Virus record (IMG/VR): IMGVR_UViG_3300027804_003127
Reading direction: 5' to 3' (one strand)
Length of the DNA: 64,000 bases
Source: a virus
Each line of letters begins with the position of its first letter. Position 1 is the stretch's first letter. Of this stretch, positions 56,823 to 64,000 are shown piece by piece. The notes under the pieces are model-generated. The model made no database searches, was not told the origin of the DNA, and saw nothing but the letters and a program-made list of their open reading frames with translations. A program made the position numbers and the translations under genes.

Positions 56823-59357
56823 ATGAACGCATCAGTTTCGGCAATTAAGCCAAATGCTACTTTTTCACATAATGAAATTAAGACATATACATATGAAGAG
56901 GCACTGCAATCTAGCATAGAGTATTTTAATGGTGATGAATTAGCTGCAAAAGTATTTGTAGATAAGTATGCTTTAAGAAATTCAAACTTATCACTACTGG
57001 AACCTACTCCAGATGAAATGCACAGGCGAATAGCCAAAGAGTTTGCAAGAATAGAGAAGAAGAAATTCAAAAATCCAATTTCAGAAGAAGATATCTATAA
57101 TGCGCTATATTATTTTAGGCGTATAGTTGCTCAGGGGTCTCCAATGTATGGAATAGGAAATAAATACCAATTTATTTCTCTTAGCAATTGTTATGTAGTT
57201 GAATCTCCTCAGGATGCATATGGATCTATAATGGAGGCAGACGAAAATCTTGTCCAAATAAGCAAGAGGCGAGGTGGAGTAGGTATAGATATCTCTCATT
57301 TAAGACCAGCTGGCGCTCCAACAAAAAACGCTGCTAGAACTAGCACTGGTGTTGTATCTTTTGCAGAAAGATACTCCAATTCAATAAGAGAAGTAGGCCA
57401 GGCTGGAAGAAGAGGCGCATTGATGATTACATTGAACGTGCATCATCCAGATATTTTAGAATTTGCACGCGTTAAGAGAAATTTAACTAAAGTAACAGGC
57501 GCAAACATTTCCATTAGTTTAACTGATGAATTTTTGAAGGCTGTTGATACAAATGAGGAATACGAGCAGAGATGGCCTATTGATTCAAAGTCGCCTTCCA
57601 TATCAAGAAAGGTTAGCGCAAAAGAAGTATGGAATGTAATTGTTGAAAACGCTCATCACATGGCGGAGCCTGGGCTTTTATTCTGGGATAATATAATCAA
57701 AGAATCACCTGCAGACTGCTATGCAGACAGAGGCTTTAAGACTATTAGCACTAATCCTTGCTCAGAAATACCATTGTCTGCATTCGATAGTTGCAGACTA
57801 ATGCTTCTTAACGCTTTTGGATATGTTGAAAATCCATTTACCAATGATGCTACATTTAACTTTGATAAATTTAACAAAGACGCCGAGCTGTGTCAAAGAT
57901 TAATGGATGATCTTGTTGATTTAGAAATAGAATGTATTGATAAAATAATCCATAAGATTGAAAGCGATCCTGAACCTGTAGAAGTCAAGGCAAGAGAGAG
58001 ATCTCTTTGGAACAAGATAAAAGACGCTGCACTTAATGGAAGAAGAACAGGCACTGGAGCTACTGCTATTGGAGATACATTAGCTGCGCTTAATCTGTCA
58101 TATACTAGTGATGAAGGTATCGCTATGGCTGAAAAAATATATAAAAATCTTAAGCTTTCAGCGTATCGAAGTAGTGTTGCTATGGCAAAAGAGCTTGGAC
58201 CATTTCCTGTCTGGAATGCTGAAAAAGAGAAAGACAATCCTTTTTTGAATCGCATAAAAGACGAAGACCCTAATCTTTACCATGACATGCAGATATACGG
58301 TAGAAGAAATATAGCTTTGCTTACTACTGCTCCTGCTGGATCTGTATCTATTCTCACTCAGACCTCGAGTGGAATAGAGCCTCAATTCATGATAGATCCA
58401 TATATCAGGCGTAAAAAAGGAAATCCTGGAGATGTTGGTTTCAGGTCGGATTTTGTGGATCAAAATGGAGATCATTGGATGGAGTTTAAAATATATCCTC
58501 CAAAAGTTAACATGTGGATAGAAGTTAGTGGTGAGAGTGATATAAACAAAAGCCCATGGAGAGGATCTACTGCTCCAGAATTAGATTGGAGAAAAAGAGT
58601 TCATTTACAATCAGTTGCACAAAAGCATCTTGATCACGCCATCTCTAGCACTCTTAATTTACCAAACGATGTGTCGGTCGATTCTGTAGACGAAATTTAT
58701 AGAACTGCATGGAAAAGTGGATGCAAGGGCGTAACTATTTACAGAGATGGATGCAGAACTGGCGTTTTGGTTTCAGAAACATCAAGTAAAAAGAATGATA
58801 ATGAAATAGTAAACACAAAAGCTCCGAAAAGGCCGCAAATACTTGATTGCGACATACATCATGCTGTTGTAAAAAACAAGCCTTATTTCGTAATTATAGG
58901 AATGCTGGGAGGTAAGCCGTATGAAGTATTTGCTAGCGAAAACACTGTTGATGATAATGAGATGTTAATACCTAAATCTTTTTGTAAAGGCACCTTGACA
59001 AAAGAGGCTCGCGGTCATTATAGAGCAGATCTATTTGATAAAAATGACAATAAAATGGTCATAAAGAAAATAGGAGACAAACTATCAGAAGATGAAGGAG
59101 CATTGACTCGTATGATATCTACTGCTTTGAGACACGGGGCCGATGTTCAGTTTGTAGTGCATCAGTTGGAAAAAGTAGAAGGAAGCATGTTTGGATTTTC
59201 AAAAAGCGTTGCAAGATCTCTTAAGAAATACATACCTAATGGTACAGAGGTAACTGGAGAGACATGTTCTAATTGCAATACTCAAGACAAGTGCGCTCTT
59301 ATAAGACAAGAAGGATGTGTTATATGCAAATCTTGTGGATGGAGCAAGTGTGGATAA
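56823..59357 (+). CDS. nrdJ: class II (adenosylcobalamin-dependent) ribonucleotide reductase
   Basis: TNPCSE, TAPAGS, SSGIEP and KGVTIYRDG motifs; C-terminal TSCPD-like domain with Cys cluster; no beta subunit nearby. Confidence 0.93.
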   Translation: MNASVSAIKPNATFSHNEIKTYTYEEALQSSIEYFNGDELAAKVFVDKYALRNSNLSLLEPTPDEMHRRIAKEFARIEKKKFKNPISEEDIYNALYYFRRIVAQGSPMYGIGNKYQFISLSNCYVVESPQDAYGSIMEADENLVQISKRRGGVGIDISHLRPAGAPTKNAARTSTGVVSFAERYSNSIREVGQAGRRGALMITLNVHHPDILEFARVKRNLTKVTGANISISLTDEFLKAVDTNEEYEQRWPIDSKSPSISRKVSAKEVWNVIVENAHHMAEPGLLFWDNIIKESPADCYADRGFKTISTNPCSEIPLSAFDSCRLMLLNAFGYVENPFTNDATFNFDKFNKDAELCQRLMDDLVDLEIECIDKIIHKIESDPEPVEVKARERSLWNKIKDAALNGRRTGTGATAIGDTLAALNLSYTSDEGIAMAEKIYKNLKLSAYRSSVAMAKELGPFPVWNAEKEKDNPFLNRIKDEDPNLYHDMQIYGRRNIALLTTAPAGSVSILTQTSSGIEPQFMIDPYIRRKKGNPGDVGFRSDFVDQNGDHWMEFKIYPPKVNMWIEVSGESDINKSPWRGSTAPELDWRKRVHLQSVAQKHLDHAISSTLNLPNDVSVDSVDEIYRTAWKSGCKGVTIYRDGCRTGVLVSETSSKKNDNEIVNTKAPKRPQILDCDIHHAVVKNKPYFVIIGMLGGKPYEVFASENTVDDNEMLIPKSFCKGTLTKEARGHYRADLFDKNDNKMVIKKIGDKLSEDEGALTRMISTALRHGADVQFVVHQLEKVEGSMFGFSKSVARSLKKYIPNGTEVTGETCSNCNTQDKCALIRQEGCVICKSCGWSKCG

Positions 59358-59366
59358 GGAGAATTT

Positions 59367-59840
59367 ATGAATATTGTTTTTGAAAAATTACATGAAAACT
59401 CAATAACACCTGTTAAGGCTAACAGTAATGATTCAGGATGGGACCTGTTTGCATGCAATGATGCAGAAATAGAAACTAGAATAATAAATAATGTTGAATA
59501 TATAGTTAACTTTATTTACGACACTGGCGTAAGGGTTGCTTTTCCAGAAAATATATGCGGATTTGTCTATCCCAGATCTAGTATCAAGAAATATGACTTA
59601 ATATTATCAAACTCAGTTGGAGTTATAGACGAAGGATACAGGGGTAGTGTCAAAGTTGCATTTAGACCTATTGTACCACTTCCAAAATATGGACTAGAAA
59701 TTGATTATAAAATATATCAAAAAGGGGATAGGATAGCTCAGCTCGTAATTACTAGAAGAGAAAATTTCAATCTTGTTGAAGGCACTGTAAGTACAGACAC
59801 TGCTAGATCAACAGGTGGATTTGGATCTTCTGGTGCTTGA
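59367..59840 (+). CDS. dut: dUTPase
   Basis: SGWDL, PRSS, GVIDEGYRG, RIAQL and RSTGGFGSSG motifs. Confidence 0.97.
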   Translation: MNIVFEKLHENSITPVKANSNDSGWDLFACNDAEIETRIINNVEYIVNFIYDTGVRVAFPENICGFVYPRSSIKKYDLILSNSVGVIDEGYRGSVKVAFRPIVPLPKYGLEIDYKIYQKGDRIAQLVITRRENFNLVEGTVSTDTARSTGGFGSSGA

Positions 59841-61663
59841 TGACAATAGACCCAAATAAAGTACTTTATGTATATAATGCTAATGACGAATACAGTGAAT
59901 CCTTAGCATTAGAATACAGCTTAGTTCGACAGATCCCAAGCATTAATTTGCTTGGGATCAATTCTATTACCTCTTCGGTATATCAATCTAGATTAGATTT
60001 TGAACAATCTTTACTTGATCAAATATTAGCAAAAATAGATTCATTAGGATCTTTTCCTAACACTATACATGCTTGTATATTGGGATACAGAGTTCCAGCT
60101 GGATATGTTGAAGAAAATTATGTTATATCTTGCTGCTCAGCTGTTGCTGCAGCATTTACGGGAAAAGACTCTGTATGTTTAAACCCTGCATATAGAAAAT
60201 CTGAAATATCTGCAGAACTATATGATTTCAACGTAATGCCATGCTGCCAACATGACCTACCAGCATATGGTTTGATGAAGAAAAAAATAGCAGAATTTTC
60301 AGGATATAGAAATGGCATACTCTCGAATGGGTATTTATATTTTGATAGATGGAGCTTAAAAGAAGAATATGGATACGATTATTATGCTGAAGAATTAAGC
60401 TCTTTTGAGCAAAATTTTATTAAGAATTATTTCAAATCTTATTTATTGACTTCAGAACCTATAGACAATCTAAGAAGCGACTTCGGATTTGCTTCTTCTG
60501 ATTCTTTTTTCTGGTCTGCTGGTTTACAGAACTTAACTACTAGCTTTTTTTTGACTCAAAATAGATTGAATCGAATTTTTTTCTTTAATGCAGATACTGA
60601 TTCATTTAAAAGTTTTAGATCTGACAATGTCTTTGGACCAGCTATCGCTGCTTTAGACTCAGGATATATATCTGCAGCTGGGATGATGAGCGACTTACCC
60701 GAGACAGAATTGATTCTCGATCAAATAGATCCTTATGATATTAAAACTGCATCAACAGTTTCTTGCTGGCTTAGACCTGAGCCTTTTTTCTACAGCGCTA
60801 GCAAAGACTATACTTTACTGGAATCAATGTATTTTGCTTCACCATTACTATGTTCTCCTATGACTTACTTTTGCGACCCTTTATGTAAGGTTATTTTTAA
60901 TAATGATTTATCAATTCCTAGTAAGTTTTCTCCAAAAGAGTCTTGGTCTAGAATACATGAGATACTAAGTCAATGTTCCGCTCTATTATTAAGAAGAATA
61001 AATTCAGCTACAGCTTTAACAGGAAGAGCGGGTACATATAGAGATGTTAACGATAAAATTTGGGCTTTAGACAGATATAGGGGAATAAGCACCAACAATA
61101 CATTGATACAAATTTCTTCTCAAGTGAACCCCGCTTTTTCTGCATGGAAAAAATTTGCTGAAATAGCATATTTCGATCAGTTTGATGGCTTAAAGCCTTC
61201 TTTTATAGACATAATAAATAATTTAGACTTTAAATTAACTAATGCTTTTATAAGACTTAATATAAATTCTTCTCAACTTAATGAGAAAATTGATACTGTA
61301 AATAAAGAAGTAAAAGGATCTTTTATCATAGAGACATATTTACCTGAAATAAATTTAGGAACTGGTTTTTATCAAATAAAAGCAGATATTTACTTAGACC
61401 AATTAGATTCAAGTCCGTTTATCTCGTCAACATCTTTTGCAGAAAAAACTTCATGGCTTGTGGAAGACTTTGATAAAACATTTAAGAATTTCCCAAACGA
61501 AGGCTTATTTAGTTCTTTAACTTCAAGAAAAATAAAGTTTTACAATAGAAAGGAAATACAAGATAAAAACATCGGAGATAATGTTTGGGTAAAGCTAACA
61601 TTTACTTTAGATTACACTAGATCTTACACAACAGATTTTATAGAGGCTTTGATAATATCATGA
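59837..61663 (+). CDS. TIGR03790-like domain protein
   Basis: VLYVYN.N...S..LA..Y...R.IP..NL.G N-terminus; DPL near the domain end. Confidence 0.55.
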   Translation: MMTIDPNKVLYVYNANDEYSESLALEYSLVRQIPSINLLGINSITSSVYQSRLDFEQSLLDQILAKIDSLGSFPNTIHACILGYRVPAGYVEENYVISCCSAVAAAFTGKDSVCLNPAYRKSEISAELYDFNVMPCCQHDLPAYGLMKKKIAEFSGYRNGILSNGYLYFDRWSLKEEYGYDYYAEELSSFEQNFIKNYFKSYLLTSEPIDNLRSDFGFASSDSFFWSAGLQNLTTSFFLTQNRLNRIFFFNADTDSFKSFRSDNVFGPAIAALDSGYISAAGMMSDLPETELILDQIDPYDIKTASTVSCWLRPEPFFYSASKDYTLLESMYFASPLLCSPMTYFCDPLCKVIFNNDLSIPSKFSPKESWSRIHEILSQCSALLLRRINSATALTGRAGTYRDVNDKIWALDRYRGISTNNTLIQISSQVNPAFSAWKKFAEIAYFDQFDGLKPSFIDIINNLDFKLTNAFIRLNINSSQLNEKIDTVNKEVKGSFIIETYLPEINLGTGFYQIKADIYLDQLDSSPFISSTSFAEKTSWLVEDFDKTFKNFPNEGLFSSLTSRKIKFYNRKEIQDKNIGDNVWVKLTFTLDYTRSYTTDFIEALIIS

Positions 61664-62148
61664 TATTACCTGGAGAATTTAAATTAACTTCTGAATACGC
61701 TGCAGACATTATAGGAGTTACAGATAAAGTTGTTATCTTAATACAAGAGGCCTTAAATATATGCAAGAATCAAACTGACGTAAATCTTGCTGATTACAGG
61801 ATGGAAGAGCTTATAGGAGGACTTAGATTAACAGGAAACACTTTATATAATTCTGTAAATTTTAGTGACAACTATCTTATTAATTTAGTTGCTAACATGG
61901 CGGAAAAAATTAAAATACAGTATGGAATATCATTCGATCAATTTTTAGAAGAGCAATATTTAGAAATAAATCAAGTACTTTATGAGAAGATGCCTATCTT
62001 TGCAATTAATAATCCAACAGAAAGATTTGGAGATAAATATGCAAGGTGGTCTGATATAGATTCTAATATTGATTCTATAAATCTGTCCATGCATTCTAAT
62101 ACGAGAATGACCTGGTCTTTTATAGGCGCTACGAATACTGACATTTAA
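61660..62148 (+). CDS. hypothetical protein
   Basis: ATGA coupling. Confidence 0.7.
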   Translation: MILPGEFKLTSEYAADIIGVTDKVVILIQEALNICKNQTDVNLADYRMEELIGGLRLTGNTLYNSVNFSDNYLINLVANMAEKIKIQYGISFDQFLEEQYLEINQVLYEKMPIFAINNPTERFGDKYARWSDIDSNIDSINLSMHSNTRMTWSFIGATNTDI

Positions 62149-62556
62149 TTAAGTCAAATAGTCTATATTATTTTCTATCTTTTTTATAGTATCTGTATAT
62201 CTATACCACAAAGATGGATCGCCTTCAAATGATGAAACATTTGCTGCTATTATTTTCATAAGTGACATGGCTAGTCTTATGTCTCTTAGAGTATCTGAAG
62301 CTTTTTTGATTTCTTTATCATCTAAAAATTTGTTGAGCTTAAGTATTATTGCTTTGTCTTCTGGATAATTCTTTTTTATATCTCTTGAAATTTCTTCCAT
62401 ATTTTTCTTAATTGATTCTAATATTATCTTATCTTTAAGCATTTCATACTGAAGATTTTCATTTTTTGATATCAGATTAGACATCATATTAATAGCATTA
62501 TTAGTGCTTTCTATGCTTTTTGTAAAAAGTTGCTTTTCTAAATCATTCATGAGCAT
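62149..62556 (-). CDS. hypothetical protein
   Basis: ORF track. Confidence 0.65.
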   Translation of the reverse strand: MLMNDLEKQLFTKSIESTNNAINMMSNLISKNENLQYEMLKDKIILESIKKNMEEISRDIKKNYPEDKAIILKLNKFLDDKEIKKASDTLRDIRLAMSLMKIIAANVSSFEGDPSLWYRYTDTIKKIENNIDYLT

Positions 62557-63131
62557 GTAATCATGTGTGAAAAACTTTTGCTTTCTATCCTATTCATTGC
62601 CCCTGTAAGCCATGGATACATGTTTGACTTCATTCTATCCATCAGTCTCTTGCCTTCCTTAGAAGCGCCTCCAGTGGCCGTTCCCTTGCCTCTTACGATT
62701 ATATCTCTTATTTCGTTAGAAAATATATAGTGATTCATTAAAATTTCAATCATGCTTTCAAAATTTTTGTCGTAATAATTTGATGGCGGACTTTTCTTCC
62801 ATTGACAATATAAGCTTTTTGCTATTTTTGACAGTTCTCCAGGGTCATTTGCATTCATAATTTCTTGACCTAAGTCTTTTGCAAAAGCAGATCCTTTTGG
62901 AGAAAAGAAAGAATACCCCTCAGTCAATCTGTCAATATTTACTTCATCTTGAGTTTTATCAAATAAATTAAGTCCTGTGTCTATAATTTTTCCAGTACTT
63001 GATCCTTCCATCAAGTGTTGAGAAACTGGATTGCTATAGATTGAATCTATTGCTCTCCAGATTGGTCTGGCTAAACTTCCGATAGCCTTTTTACTTAAGT
63101 ATAAAGTTGAGTTGGAATATATTTTAATCAT
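62547..63131 (-). CDS. hypothetical protein
   Basis: ORF track. Confidence 0.7.
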   Translation of the reverse strand: MIKIYSNSTLYLSKKAIGSLARPIWRAIDSIYSNPVSQHLMEGSSTGKIIDTGLNLFDKTQDEVNIDRLTEGYSFFSPKGSAFAKDLGQEIMNANDPGELSKIAKSLYCQWKKSPPSNYYDKNFESMIEILMNHYIFSNEIRDIIVRGKGTATGGASKEGKRLMDRMKSNMYPWLTGAMNRIESKSFSHMITCS

Positions 63132-63137
63132 TTTAAA

Positions 63138-63728
63138 TTACCTTATTTTTGAACAAATTACATATAGCATTTGCATTTTTCTAGCAAAACCTGGATCTAC
63201 TGGTGCAAGCTTGGAGAACAATTTTTCACTATCAAACATATGTTTTATATGATTTAATATTAATATAAAATCTGGTGGATATTTGTTTGACAATACACCT
63301 GCATACTCGTGAGGATGGATAATCTGTAGTTCGAATTTTTTTCTTATAGCATCATTGCTTTTAGACTTCAAAAGCTGTTTTCCCATAAAACTCTTACCTC
63401 TGCGTTCAATCATATTCTGAGTGTGAGTTATATAATGCAAAGACATTCTGTATATACTTTCACACACTTCTTTTATTTCTTTCATGCCACTTATGCTATA
63501 AGCGACTCTAGGGGTAAAATAGATATTCCCCTCTTCTGCTGCTTTCTTTGCAGCCTTGACTGCTTCTAATTGCATTTGTGTTTCTATATCTATTTGTGAA
63601 TCAATATCTCTTATAACTTGGTCCATGAATATATGCATCATATTCATTGAATTAAATTCATCTTCACTTAAAGAATCTTCTAGTGAATGATCAAAAAAAG
63701 AAAAAGTAGATCTTAAAAGGTTTTTCAT
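63138..63728 (-). CDS. hypothetical protein
   Basis: ORF track. Confidence 0.7.
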   Translation of the reverse strand: MKNLLRSTFSFFDHSLEDSLSEDEFNSMNMMHIFMDQVIRDIDSQIDIETQMQLEAVKAAKKAAEEGNIYFTPRVAYSISGMKEIKEVCESIYRMSLHYITHTQNMIERRGKSFMGKQLLKSKSNDAIRKKFELQIIHPHEYAGVLSNKYPPDFILILNHIKHMFDSEKLFSKLAPVDPGFARKMQMLYVICSKIR

Positions 63729-63779
63729 TTATTATTTGTATATAAAATATATTATGTATTTATCGAGGTATATCCTTAT

Positions 63780-64000
63780 ATGAATCTTTTTAATTCTAAT
63801 AGTATAACTTTTAAGAGAAATAGTCAACTTATAAAATTGGCTCAAAGCAATGCATCAGCTGGTGCCTCAGCAAATGCTCAGTCTTACAACAGTGGAAATA
63901 CTCAGTCTAAAAATAATACTCAAACAAATCCACAAACTCCAAGAACAAATACTGCGCCTACAAATACGCCTAGCGCGTCTTCTGGATCAGGAAATGCTCA
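63780..64000 (+). CDS. partial low-complexity protein with KLAQ site
   Basis: MNLFNSNSITFKRNSQLIKLAQSNASAG..., open to the window end. Confidence 0.6.
   Translation, partial: MNLFNSNSITFKRNSQLIKLAQSNASAGASANAQSYNSGNTQSKNNTQTNPQTPRTNTAPTNTPSASSGSGNA

Noticed and set aside
55556-59357. HNH as an intron-encoded homing endonuclease, or intron/intein in nrdJ or thyX
   Set aside because: The HNH is free-standing between intact genes, and nrdJ and thyX are uninterrupted with no intein motifs.
13400-64000. Alternative genetic code (stop-codon recoding) as in some jumbo phages
   Set aside because: Known genes (zwf, glf, thyX, nrdJ, dut, SNF2) are full-length in the standard code, and TAG and TGA are used as real stops.

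Overview
This window looks like 64 kb of a large (jumbo-type) bacteriophage genome in two very different parts; no capsid or terminase gene lies inside it. (1) Positions 1 to about 13,400 are GC-rich (roughly 55-65% by eye) and read on the + strand. They form an array of about 29 cassettes. Most are built as [GC hairpin]-[conserved element CCCGAAWCCMGAAAACKGGAGCGGGGTTAGRG]-[covarying 5' stem-loop plus AGAAAGG Shine-Dalgarno]-[small gene]. Cargo includes DUF932, DUF1281 and DUF3846 proteins and a Csx16-like protein. Three cassettes appear to carry non-coding RNAs, and one of these is antisense to the shared leader/SD of the other cassettes. (2) Positions about 13,400 to 64,000 are mostly AT-rich. 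They encode nucleotide metabolism (nrdJ, thyX, dut), auxiliary metabolic genes (zwf, SOD, glf, glycosyltransferases, a 2-hydroxyacid dehydrogenase-like protein), an SNF2 helicase, a FliA-type sigma factor and lysis-like genes. About 20 unrelated proteins there share one of two short peptide tags, NWYKxAQ or YKISKSDWxxIGxxxGWxK, which are probably virion-targeting or processing signals. All product calls come from motif recognition by eye; no database search was run.
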